A DNA stretch of 64,000 nt from positions 2,868,477 through 2,932,476 of the forward strand of contig NC_068995.1 of NCBI RefSeq assembly GCF_001194135.2, written 5' to 3'. Source of the stretch: Octopus bimaculoides (taxonomy: Eukaryota). A program made the position numbers and the translations under genes. Shown piece by piece: positions 52,877 through 64,000 of the stretch; the first letter of the stretch is position 1; each line of letters starts with the position of its first letter. The notes under the pieces are model-generated. The model was not told the DNA's origin, ran no database searches, and was given only the letters and a program-made list of their open reading frames with translations.

Positions 52877-52993
52877 CAATATAGTCGTTTCAACAGAAGA
52901 AAGAAAGTGAACAAATGTCCAAGAGTGGAAAATATCAAAATGTTGTCCAGCCCTGTCACGGCTCCCTTCATTCATGAAGTCACTGAATTCAAG
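52877..52993 (+). CDS. Phase-0/0 mini-exon 2 (QYSRFNRRKKVNKCPRVENIKMLSSPVTAPFIHEVTEFK)
   Basis: gatatatttcAG| acceptor, AAG|GTAAGC donor, 117 nt, open frame, similar to mini-exon 1. Confidence 0.7.
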
Positions 52994-54674
52994 GTAAGCA
53001 AACAAATGTATAAGGTTAGGTTTTGTAGCTGTTTTTCTTTTTCACTCAGTTTACTTAGTAACCACCAGGCAGTAGGGCACCATCTCCTTGTCTTCACTTG
53101 TCATAATGTATGTATGTATGTATGGTACACTGTGTGTATGTATGGTATAGTATGTGTGTGTGTATATATGGTATAGTATGTATGTGTGTGCGTGCACACA
53201 TGTATATATGTAAAATATAACTGGTGTGTATATAATGAAGACACTAATTTACAACTATCACTCAATGTCAGGACATTCACACTGCATGGTACATTGGACA
53301 AATGACTTCTGTATCCATATGAACTAATGGTTCTTAACCTGGATTGTAGTGTCCAGTTGTGGGCATTGTGGGATCACAAGATGGTGGCAAATGCCTAATG
53401 GGAACTGGATGTTTAGACAAATTGTGAATGTTCTCAGAAACAAAATATTTAAACTCAGTGGAATCCTTTTATTTTAAATATATTAAAAAAATAAAACAAA
53501 AGTCTGTCAGGATTAGAATGTAAGTTGGACATTGTGTTATCAGTGAGTAGATACTTGACTGATGATGTGGCAAGGTGTGTAATATCACTGCCATTAGTCC
53601 TCACTTCAGTAATTTCTATAAATAAATTCAACATGGTGCCACTTGTCCTTGCAAATATCGAAAAAGAGGCTCCTGTTTGATGGTTTAATGAAACCTCTAA
53701 GTGCAAAATTAGCTACTGTTAGGTTAAAAAAAAAGAATTCACAAAATATGGCGAGGGTGATATTCATGAAAATGCCATTTGTTGAAAGGAGGTGATGAGG
53801 TACAGGAAAGAACGACTGGGAAAAGTATGATAGGCTTAAAATGATATCGAATATCCTTTTAGAAATGATTATTTTCTGAAAAACTGGTGGAAGTCTGTAG
53901 AGTGACTGAACAATTGTGTCCACTGATTAAATAAAACAATGGAGAGGTGGCAGTGCCGTTTTCAGGCATGGGAACATGGAACAGTTGCTTGGAGGCCACA
54001 CCACTATAGGCACCCAGTTCTGATCTGTGTACGACAGTGGTTCTCAGCCATTTTTTGCCCATAGATCTCTTTGATTCCAATTTTACTCTACAAGATCCAA
54101 ATAAACATTTGTTGTTTAAAACAGTCCCATTATATTTTCATAATTAAATATCATTTGGAATTGTATGCAAAAAATTAAAATATTTTGTATATTGTAGAAG
54201 TAAAACCAGTTTATTGCACATGAATTTTAACAGCAAAATCTTATGTACACCCCCAAAAAGGGCCATGTGGACAGCGTATATTGTATGCTGTCAATAAGTA
54301 AATAGTATGGGGCCTATAATCCTAGTAAGACTGCTCTGGGTGGTGTTGAAATATAAACGATTATTTCCACCTTCCGGCTGAATGTGTCTCTCCGTAGTTA
54401 TGTCCCTTTATTTTCTTGCCAACTTCGATATTCGCAGTAAAAAAAAATCAATAATACGAGATACCACCGAGGATATTATTTATTGTCTATAGCTTTTAGC
54501 ACTAGGATAGCTTCAATTTACAGTAATGAGTAATGTTATAAATGGAATCACACATAATTTGATCGACGACTAATTATAGCAATTCTTGCATATATGCAAA
54601 TGTCGTTCGGTGAGGATGCAGTTTTCAGTTTTAGAAACCAATTTATCACCGATCTTTCACTTTGGGGCTCATAA

Positions 54675-54945
54675 GGGCTGGTTTCCTGGTGTCATTGGTG
54701 TATAGGTTCCCCATCTGAACAGGACGCTGCTCTGTTGCAGGTGAGCTGCTAAATGCTGGAGGAAAGAGTGAGAGAAAGTTGTGGCAAAAGAGTCAGCAGA
54801 GGTTCACCATTACCTTCTGTCAGAGCCACATGGAACTTAAGGTGTTTTGCTCATAAACATACACATCGCCCGGTCTGAGATTTGAACCCATGATCCCTTG
54901 ACTGCGAGTCCGCTTCTCTAACCACTAGGCCATGTGCCTCCACTA
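54675..54945 (-). mobile_element. tRNA-derived SINE, near full length
   Basis: Ends in gagatttgaacccatgatccc...ctctaaccactaggccatgtgcctccac, the reverse complement of a tRNA-like head. Confidence 0.75.
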
Positions 54946-55589
54946 GTTATATATGTAATGACTTCAAATTTTGGCACAAAGCCAGCAAGTTTGGAGAGGG
55001 GATAAGTCGATTACATCGACCTCAGTATGCAACTGGTACTTATTTTATCAAACCTCAAAAGAATTAAAGGCAAAGTCAACCTCGGCAGAATTAGAACTCA
55101 AAATGTGAAGACGGACAAAATGCTACCAAGCATTTTACTTGGCATTCTAATGATTCTTTTCTACTCTAGGCACAAGGCCCGAAATTTTCGAGGGAGCCCT
55201 AAACACTTAAAAGGGTGGCCTCATGTATATGAAATTCAAACTATAAAAACCATAAGATAAATTATTAAACACATTGATTAAATTTATTAGGCGAATATTA
55301 ACAATATTCAGTCGCATTAAGTATGGTTACTCACATACATTATAAAGTACACGTAATTACATAACAGCACTGACGTACGAACACGCACGCACGCTTAATG
55401 CACGTTGTTTTTCAACTTCATTCATCTTTTAAATGATTAATATTGAAATTAAAACAAAGATATTTTAATCCGAAGAAACTTCGTTGGGTTCTGTGAATGA
55501 ATATCTCTGCTGAAATATCGAACACATTGGGACAAGAAACAACTTCACGAAATATATAAACATTTGAAAGTTTATAATAACTTCGACAT

Positions 55590-55945
55590 ACCCTCGTAAA
55601 AGAGTTTGATTTCCCCATAGCTTCCAGAAAAATGGATATTTGTAATGAAATTTTCTACAAATTCCTTCTAGATAATGTGGATTAAGATTATGTCGGAATT
55701 TAACGCAAAAAACAATTGAGGGCGCGCACACATCAGTACTGACAAACACCACCTACCTTAAAATGAAACTTGAAATTTTGAAAAAAATTATGTGATTTGT
55801 TTCTGTGTAATGTGTGCGCGCTCAGTATTATATTTTTTTTTACATTAAATTCCAATATAATCGTAATCTATACGACCAGAAAGTTACTTGTACAAAATTT
55901 CATTAAAAAATATGAAATTTTCTGAAAGTTATGAGGCAAAAAAGC
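55590..55945. repeat. Palindromic arrangement of a dispersed MITE-like family
   Basis: aatgaaattttctacaaa...ggaatttaa...gcgcgcacacat is mirrored by atgtgtgcgcgc...ttaaattcc...aaaatttcatt; related pieces near 35240, 37050, 44030 and 58990. Confidence 0.55.
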
Positions 55946-56640
55946 CAGGGCGGCACAGTTGTGTTGGTATGCTGTAAATCGTTCGGTCAGCTACGTTTGT
56001 GAAAGTCCTTCTGTCGTCGTTCGCGATCCCTTCATTGACATGCTCGCTTTACTCCAAGTCGGTCTCCTAGTTTATAAGTTCTGTATTTAAATTTATATGG
56101 ACGTGATTGAGAAATCCTCCTGAGATACAACAAAATGTATTTCAACGCACGGATCTTGCAAAACCAAATACAAAAACCTAAATATTTGAAAAATAAGGAA
56201 AAATAAAATAAAAATATGACCTGATGGTTACGTGTGAAAATCTGGTAGGAATCGAAACCTTTACGTCGAGTACTTGCTTTTTTGGTATGTATTGTATTTT
56301 ATAAGCTTACTACACTCACAATAGAATATCGTCTTGGATAGAGAGACAAATGCAGAGATACGAGAGGAGGTATGTTGGTTCTTAAAACGATCGTTTGACA
56401 GTGACTTTACAATGACAGAGTGTAGCTGTCATTTTTACTGACTGATCGATTTGCCTTGTCACACAGCAGCCAGTCACAAATACACGTAATTAAGTTCACA
56501 GCCTTCCTCGTTTACAGCTACAATATGTCATGACGATTTGCTGTCATCTCATTCGTTCATTGATTAAATTTTTAATAATAAACAACCTTTGTTTTCCCTT
56601 CTTTTGCCAACCAATTTACTTTGTAATCATTTGACACATG

Positions 56641-56690
56641 TGCGTCATTACGCGAGCTGTTACTCACGTGATTCGGCTCCTCCAATCAGA
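56641..56690 (+). promoter_or_regulatory. Candidate proximal promoter of the DUF3504 exon
   Basis: TGCGTCA (56641-47), E-box TCACGTGA (56664-71) and CCAAT (56682-86) clustered 50-95 nt upstream of the ATG at 56736. Confidence 0.45.
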
Positions 56691-56735
56691 TGCAGGAGTT
56701 TGATATACGACAGTTTCTCGGAAATTTTGGTGATC

Positions 56736-57950
56736 ATGTCGGATGTAGCTGACTCAAAGCCATTATCGTCTTCACTCACGCAATCCTTTATGAATGACTT
56801 CAACGCTGATATTGTTAGCGGAACCAAAAGCGATAAAAATGTTCTGTTAGTTGCAGATGACCCTCCTCCTGCAATGAATTCTATAAACTTCATAAACCTA
56901 GACGAATGTAGCCAGCTGGCAGGTTCGAGGAACACTAAACGGGTCACCGCCAGTTCTGTTAAATTGTTTCGAGCCTTTTTAAAGGAGACCAATAATGGAA
57001 GGACTGATTTTGAAAATTTTGATGAAGAACTCCTTATCAGTCATTTGATAACTTTTTTTAAGCGGGTAAGAAAGCCAGATGGTGATCTGTATACGAAGAA
57101 TGGTTTGCTGTCGATTCGTTTCGGACTAAGAAGGCGCTTGTTAGACTTACGTAAAGTCGATATTACTAAGCACCCTCGCCTTAATTCAGTTTTTACTGCT
57201 CAGATCAATAAATTGAAACGAGAAGGAAAAGGAGATATAAACCATTATCCTCCCATTAGTCAGGATGACATGTTCAAAATTTATAGTTCAGGGATTTTGT
57301 CACCCGACACGCCAAAAGGGTTGTTAAGGAAGATTTTCTTTGAGACTGAAATGTTTTTTTGTCGACGAAGTAGAGAAAACCTAAGGGATTTGAAAGGAAG
57401 TCACTTTAAAATTGAAACCGACGATCAGGGCAAAATATATTTGACCACAGATTTTGATCCATCGTTTGGTGGTGGACCAATCAAACGGATTTATGAAACT
57501 GGCACAGACATATGTCCAGTGAAAGCCTTTCGGAAGTTTTTGCTGAAACGTCATTCTGGCTGTGAGGCGTTATTTCAACGTCCCGTGGATATAATTCCGT
57601 TTTCTGAACAGGATCCTTGGTTTTATTGTTCAGCTCTCGGCCTCAATAAACTCGCCAACATGATGAGAGAAATTTCTTCAGAAGCGTGCCTATCCAAGAT
57701 ATATACAAATCATTCCATAAGAGCTACCTCAAAATCGGTCTTTGATCTCGTCTGGAACGGACTCTTCTCGCAGAACTCACCGAATACAATAGCACCTGCC
57801 TCTAGTGATGTCAGCAATATTAGTGACATAACTTCTGTTTCAATGGAGAAGCCAAAGCAACGATCATCATCATCTCAAGGAAATGAAACTGATATCGATT
57901 TGAAATCGAACTTAGACATACAAGAAATTGAAAGGAAACACGTCCCTGTG
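56736..57950 (+). CDS. Crypton-derived tyrosine-recombinase-like (DUF3504, ZMYM/QRICH1/KCTD1-like) coding exon, 405 codons to phase-0 donor
   Basis: NTKRVT.SSVKLF..FL, FFKRVRKPDGDLY, LLRKIFF....FCRRSRENLRDL, CPVKAF..FL, WF....LGLNKL..MM, YTNHSIRATS; then a Ser-rich linker and GTG|GTGAGT after 57950; no stops. Confidence 0.85.
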
Positions 57951-59233
57951 GTGAGTTCTTCATTAATACTCATCTTTATAAAACAGACCTCCATCTCTAC
58001 TTCTTCACCTGTTGGACCTTATTTCTCTTCCACTGTCCTCCAGTCTTTTATGACTCTTGCTCGTCGTAAATTAAGTGATGTCACAAATTTAGTCGGGAGC
58101 TGCTTAACTGACATTGATAGACCGATAACAAAAGCAGTCTTAAGACAGAGTCACTCAGATATAACTGGGTGTGACTTAAAGGAGATTAAGCTACTATTTC
58201 TAGCAGATTGAGCGACCACTACACTCTTTGACTCGAGTATAGTGATGTATAGAGTGATGCGAAGTTGCGGCTATTATGCCTTTCCGTAATCCTTACTACA
58301 AACAATAACTATAACATGTAATGTGCCCACACTCTGGCGTATACCAGCCAATGTTTCATTTGAGTAAGGTGAAGGGTTCCATATATGTTGCCGTTGTTTA
58401 GCCCAAGGTCAACTTCACTGAGGCAACCTGTAATCAGCGTCTTTCCGACTGTGACAATCTCGTCTTTTTACTTAAAACGAAATTCAGCCAGTGTATCGAG
58501 GGTAAACCCTACCATCTTAAGGGAGGGGGGAGGATCTATTTGTTTTCTTTAAAACAGTGAGGATATAATCTGAAGATGAGTTGACTATTATTTCTAGCAG
58601 GTCGAGTGTCTACGTAGAGGGTCGACCTGCAAGAAATTGGGTGTTTAGTGGTATAAAAAAAGTGTGGGTTGTATTGTGATAGGAGGGTGGGCGATATCGG
58701 TGTGCGAAGGCCCTATTTATTGTTGTTGGGAGGAGTGGTGGTGTTCAGCTCCGCCAAGTCAACCCTGATCGAGCAGACTTTTTACCAAAGGCATTTCAAA
58801 CGTGACCATCCCGTCTTTCTTAAATACAGGCAACCGAAGACGTCATCTAACGGAGCCAGTTTAAAGATGAAGGCGTGATTTGAGGGAGATTTAGTTGCTA
58901 TTTCTAGCAGATCTAGCTACAACGAATAGATGTCCTTTGGACCGAGTGTAGGGATGTATAGGAAAGAGGTATTACCTACACAAGTGTGCTCCCCACCGAC
59001 TTTGTTTCCTCTTAACTTCCAGAAAAATGGATGTTGTTTAATGAAATTTTCTACAAATATGTTTCAGATGGTATAGTTTTTGATTCCATCGGAATTTGTT
59101 GTTAAAAAAGTTTTTCCGATGGTAGGGAGATGAGTTTCGGAAAATACACAAGAGTTGGCTCTGTTTTCTCATAACTTTACGAAAAATGGATATTTTTTAA
59201 TGAAATTTTCAATAAATGCTTTCCAGATGGTAT

Positions 59234-59876
59234 NNNNNNNNNNNNNNNNNNNNNNNNNNNNNNNNNNNNNNNNNNNNNNNNNNNNNNNNNNNNNNNNNNN
59301 NNNNNNNNNNNNNNNNNNNNNNNNNNNNNNNNNNNNNNNNNNNNNNNNNNNNNNNNNNNNNNNNNNNNNNNNNNNNNNNNNNNNNNNNNNNNNNNNNNNN
59401 NNNNNNNNNNNNNNNNNNNNNNNNNNNNNNNNNNNNNNNNNNNNNNNNNNNNNNNNNNNNNNNNNNNNNNNNNNNNNNNNNNNNNNNNNNNNNNNNNNNN
59501 NNNNNNNNNNNNNNNNNNNNNNNNNNNNNNNNNNNNNNNNNNNNNNNNNNNNNNNNNNNNNNNNNNNNNNNNNNNNNNNNNNNNNNNNNNNNNNNNNNNN
59601 NNNNNNNNNNNNNNNNNNNNNNNNNNNNNNNNNNNNNNNNNNNNNNNNNNNNNNNNNNNNNNNNNNNNNNNNNNNNNNNNNNNNNNNNNNNNNNNNNNNN
59701 NNNNNNNNNNNNNNNNNNNNNNNNNNNNNNNNNNNNNNNNNNNNNNNNNNNNNNNNNNNNNNNNNNNNNNNNNNNNNNNNNNNNNNNNNNNNNNNNNNNN
59801 NNNNNNNNNNNNNNNNNNNNNNNNNNNNNNNNNNNNNNNNNNNNNNNNNNNNNNNNNNNNNNNNNNNNNNNNNNNN
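59234..59876. other. Assembly gap (largest; others at 17577-17659, 33111-33236, 49452-49596, 51571-51580)
   Basis: Runs of N. Confidence 1.
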
Positions 59877-59949
59877 CCCCCCCCCCCAAGTTACGAGAAA
59901 GTAAACAAACATACGTGCGCGCACATAGACGCACACACGTAGTAAATAC

Positions 59950-60105
59950 AACGGGCTTCTTTCAGTTTCCGTCTACCAAATGTACTCACAAGGCTTTGGT
60001 CGGTTCGTGGCTATAGTAGAAGACACGAGCCCAAGATGCCACGCAGTGGGACTAAACGTGGAACCATGTGGTTGGGAAGCAAACTTCTTTCCACACTTCT
60101 TACTA
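59950..60105 (-). mobile_element. tRNA-derived SINE
   Basis: Same family as 8104 and 39505. Confidence 0.8.
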
Positions 60106-61074
60106 TAGCAGACCAGAGCCTTGGCGCGCGTGAATTGTTTTTTGTTATCTTTATTCCAACAATGGAGTTATGTATTTTTCTTAGAAACCAAATCCTTCCT
60201 CGGAGGAACAATTTAAATAATCTAAAACAGAAGGGAACAGGCAAATGCAATACTTTATTTCAGGGTTATCTCCCCTGCTCCACTTTATCAGAATTAATCA
60301 CAACACTAACGATTTTTTTCTCCTCATTACAAATGTAATTTTTTAAATGAATATATTAACGATTCTTGGCTCACTACATTATCTATGTTAACACCCACTT
60401 TACTGTTTGTTTTTCATACAAAAGGGAGACCCTGAGTACTTCTCCCCCTCTTCCCTTTCTCTCTCTTTCAGCCTTATTCGTTGTTTATAAAGAAAAGAAT
60501 AGTCTTACCATGTCTAGAAATTGCGTGTTACAGCAATATAGTGGTGGTGGTGGTGGTGGTGGTGGGGTACACACCACACTGCTGTGAATACAGAAGTGGT
60601 TGCTGTGTGTGTGTGTGTGTTTACTGGTTCTACCTAGACTCTCTAGTGTGAGTATCTAAGATCCACCCTCCCTCCAACATATACTCTAATACTCTGCATG
60701 ACTCAACATGACCAGCTGACAATAGGTGAAACCTAAGATCTTGATGTGATGTCCTACTTACCACACACAGTGTGTGTATGAGAGAGAGATAGAGGGACTG
60801 TATACATCTTTACTCTAAGCATGTGTATCGTATAACTTTTGAAGAAAGAAAACACTGTGTGTGTGTATCTGTGCACCCCCCCCCCACCACACACACATAA
60901 GCACAAGCAGACACACAAACACACATATCATATATCTTTGGTAGATCTTAACAGACAGTTCATCACTAGTTTTCCAGATGCTGTATTCCAATAATAATAT
61001 CACCCGATATATTTATTTATCAATAAATATCATTATAGATATTATTTTAATATATATTGATAAAATAAGGTAGC

Positions 61075-61410
61075 GAGCTGGCAGAAACGTTAGCAGGCCG
61101 GGTGAAATGCTTAGCGGTATGCCATCTGTCTTTGCCTTCTGAGTTCAAATTCTGCCGAGGTTGACTTTTCCTTTCATCCTTTCTGGGTTGATAAATTAAG
61201 TACCAGTTGCGTACTGGGTCGATCTAATTTGTTACCCACAAACACACATATACACAGCAAGCTTCTTTCAGTTTCTGTCTACCAGATCCACTCACAAGGC
61301 TTTGGTCAGCCCTGGGGCTGTAGTAGAAGTCATTTGCCCAAGGTGCTGTGCAGTGGGACTGAACCCAAGACCACATGTTTGGGAAGCAAGCTTCTTCACC
61401 ACACAGCAAT
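61075..61410. mobile_element. Two adjacent SINEs of different families
   Basis: ctggcagaaacgttagca...tctgagttcaaattc (+) followed by ggcttctttcagtttc...cttcaccacacagc (-). Confidence 0.8.
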
Positions 61411-62505
61411 ACCTGTGCCTGAACTAACTGATCAACTGCATGAGAGATGACTGTGTCCAACTTTGCAGAATGGTAGTTCAAATATGCCAGTGGCGTATTT
61501 GGAAAACAAGCCATTTACTGTGTTTTGTCATGGAGAAAATTTCTCGCTGCTTAGCGCTTCCACCCCACAATATTAGGTTCTGTTACAAGGGCCTGGACGT
61601 CCACAGTCTTTATGCTCCCCAAACGACGGAACTTCTATTGGTTGCTCGACATGCTAGAAATAACAGCCACTACTCCCTCATCATGCCCCGTCATCTTAAA
61701 AATATAATGTAGTCCTAGATACACTACGCCTGCCAGAAAGAAAATGAAAAGGAAAAAGCGAGAGAGTCGTGACTAGAACGCCTTTGGTCATTGATCTGTT
61801 CGATCAGAACTGACCAGGAGCCAAACGGCAGCATGGCCCTCGTTTTGGCTTCAGTAGTCTCATTGTGTTGGTCATTTCGTTGGAGAAAACGGGAGAAAAG
61901 ATAACGTTCTTGACCGTCTGCGCGGCTGTCCCCGCCATTCCTGGTGTGAACCTAAAGCTTTTCATGACTTATCTCAGAGATTCCTTTAGGAAAGGCACCA
62001 ACACCTATAACTCCTACTAAAAACATCGCCTTAGAAGATGACAGTAATAATAATCCTTTCTACTGTAGGCACAAGGCCTGAAATTTTAAGGGCGAGGGGC
62101 TAGTCGATTATATCGATCCTAGTACTTAACTGGTACCTGTTTTATCGACCGTGAAAGAATAAAAGGCAAAGTCGACCTCAGTGGAGATTGAACTCAGAAT
62201 GTAAAGCATTTCGCCCAGCGTGTTAACGATTCCACCAGATCGCCGCCTTAGAAGATGACATCAATTATGATCACAGCAGTAATATGTAAATGAAAGTCTA
62301 ACCTCTGTTCCGAGTTCAAATCCTGCTGAAGTCGACTCTTATCCTTCCGGGACAGGTGGTGGTTTAGCAGAAACATTGTTTCGACTCCTTGCGTTCTGAG
62401 TTCAAATCCCACCCTCATACTATTTGGGTGGTCACCTTAACCTGTTACCTCGTTTAATAGCAGAGCCTACTTTTCATACCAAGCATTCGAGTCAGGCTTC
62501 GGCGT

Positions 62506-62832
62506 TTAACCCTTTCACTGCACAATTAAATTTCTTGGTCCTTCCCGTTATGGTGTTATCTACCCCCAAAATAGAATTGCTGGGTACAGTTTTCATATCC
62601 TTCGCTTTAAGTATTTGATTCGTGCTCTGTAAAGAAATATTTAATGAAATATGTGGAAAAAGAAAAAAAAGAAAATTTAAAAAATTGTCTTTAGTAAAAA
62701 TGAGGATTTCTCTGCTCCTTGCAGCATAAGGAAAGGAGCTTTTAGAAAGCTTTTGGGTTAAAACCGTTTTCCGCATTTACCGGTAATAACATTTTGAGCG
62801 GAATATTTCTGCTTTCCACATTCAAAGGGTTA
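62506..62832. mobile_element. piggyBac-like MITE
   Basis: TTAA-CCCTTT at the left and AAAGGG-TTAA at the right; coordinates approximate. Confidence 0.5.
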
Positions 62833-63469
62833 AAGATACTTTCTTCCTATTTTGCTACCAGTTTCAGAGACCCTGTAAAATGTCAACGGCAACTTGCCTT
62901 TTCCTCTTGACTAAAAGATGAAAAAACAAACAAACAAAACCCCCAATGGTTCACAGAATTTAATTTTGTCCCTGTCCGTCTCGAGTTAAAATCCTGGCCG
63001 TCGATAACCCCTTCTTTTCTCGGTGTCCGGGTGAGTTGATGAAACCGACTATACGCCGCCTCTCATCATATTCTCGGTTCTGTACCAGTGGGAGAAACCA
63101 ATGTATTGACTGGTACCAGAATATGAAATGGATAAAGTTGCCAGGGAGTCAAACCAGCGACACAGTTTCGAACTCCGACTGGAATAGTTTCTCTTCAGTT
63201 AGTCCCTTACTTAACTCGTTGGAAGAGCCATGAACATCACAACACCCTCTTTATCATTTCGTATAGTAGTAACACAACATTGGTTTCTTTTTTTTTTTCT
63301 TTCTATTCTTTGTTTGTTTGATGAATTGAATTCGGTCTTGCCAGGATTCGAACTCGAATCTGGGAGAGACTAAGTTATTGTAATGAGTTTTAGTCCAACG
63401 CTCTGATGTCACAACTGCCTCAGCTTGCTTCTATTTATATTAGAAATTGTTAGCATTATTTGATTGTTT

Positions 63470-63670
63470 TATTAACACCGCCTCCATCCACCACCACCAC
63501 CGTCATTATTATCATTACCATCCCCACCACCGTCACAACCATCATCAACACCACCATTGTTGTTATTATTATTATTATTACTACCACTGTTAGTATTTTT
63601 ATTACCACCACCACAACCACCGCCATCATCACCATCATCATCATCACCATTAACAAGTCGACAGTCTATA
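63470..63670. repeat. Trinucleotide low-complexity tract (ACC/ATC/ATT)
   Basis: Mixed triplet runs; explains the T/I/V/G-rich ORFs here. Confidence 0.9.
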
Positions 63671-64000
63671 ACAACAAATATGGCAGCTGGTATTGAAGGT
63701 TTTGTTGTTCTGTTTTGCTTTGTGTGTGTTTTTCTTTTATTTTCCTTCATCTGAAAGGAATTCTGATGCTATCATATTTGACTAATATAGTCAGTCTGGT
63801 AACATTGTTATTTTGCTAACAATGTGAGGTTTTTCGCCTTGATTTTGTTGTTGCTGTTGTTAACAACACCACCGCCACCACCACCGTAACTACTACTATT
63901 ACCACCACCACGTAGTAATAGTAGTTGTGGTGGTAGTAGTAATAGTGGCAGAGCATTGTAACTTTTAATTGTTCTCTAACAAAGCACTTGGTATTCCCCC

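Noticed and set aside
57951-58211. C-terminal 86 residues of the 540-aa ORF, and its 49 residues before Met 56736
   Set aside because: Lie beyond a consensus GTGAGT donor or over promoter-like motifs, with no DUF3504 similarity; treated as intron and leader read-through, though an unspliced isoform cannot be excluded.
59155-60016. Long ORFs of X residues (also 17484 and 49351)
   Set aside because: Created by N gaps.
61810-62020. GC-richer open frame (GFSSLIVLVISLEKTGEK...) as the shared constant exon
   Set aside because: Its putative acceptor lies in a repeat tail and is phase 1, incompatible with the phase-0 donors; no recognisable domain.
63000-63240. Donor CGG|GTGAGT at ~63030 and nearby ORF
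   Set aside because: No convincing acceptor or domain similarity.

Overview
AT-rich, microsatellite-laden eukaryotic DNA with five N gaps. Its SINE and RTE-tail families match those I recall from Octopus genomes (inference). Most ORF-track entries are low-complexity or gap artefacts. The first ~26 kb is mainly repeats, a decayed Penelope-like element and a few isolated plus-strand splice signals. The 26-58 kb interval is rich in transposase DNA-binding-domain sequences: mariner HTH (broken), Merlin N-terminus (intact ORF, minus strand), an ISL2EU-like relic (THAP plus SAP-like), three divergent FLYWCH zinc fingers and a Crypton/DUF3504 domain. Main result: the three FLYWCH units and the DUF3504 unit are all on the plus strand, each starts with its own ATG, lacks all or part of the catalytic machinery, and ends at an in-frame (phase-0) GT donor. 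Two paralogous phase-0/0 mini-exons lie among them. This suggests a gene with interchangeable, transposon-derived DNA-binding first exons spliced to shared downstream exons. I did not identify the shared 3' exons, and no transcript evidence is available here.
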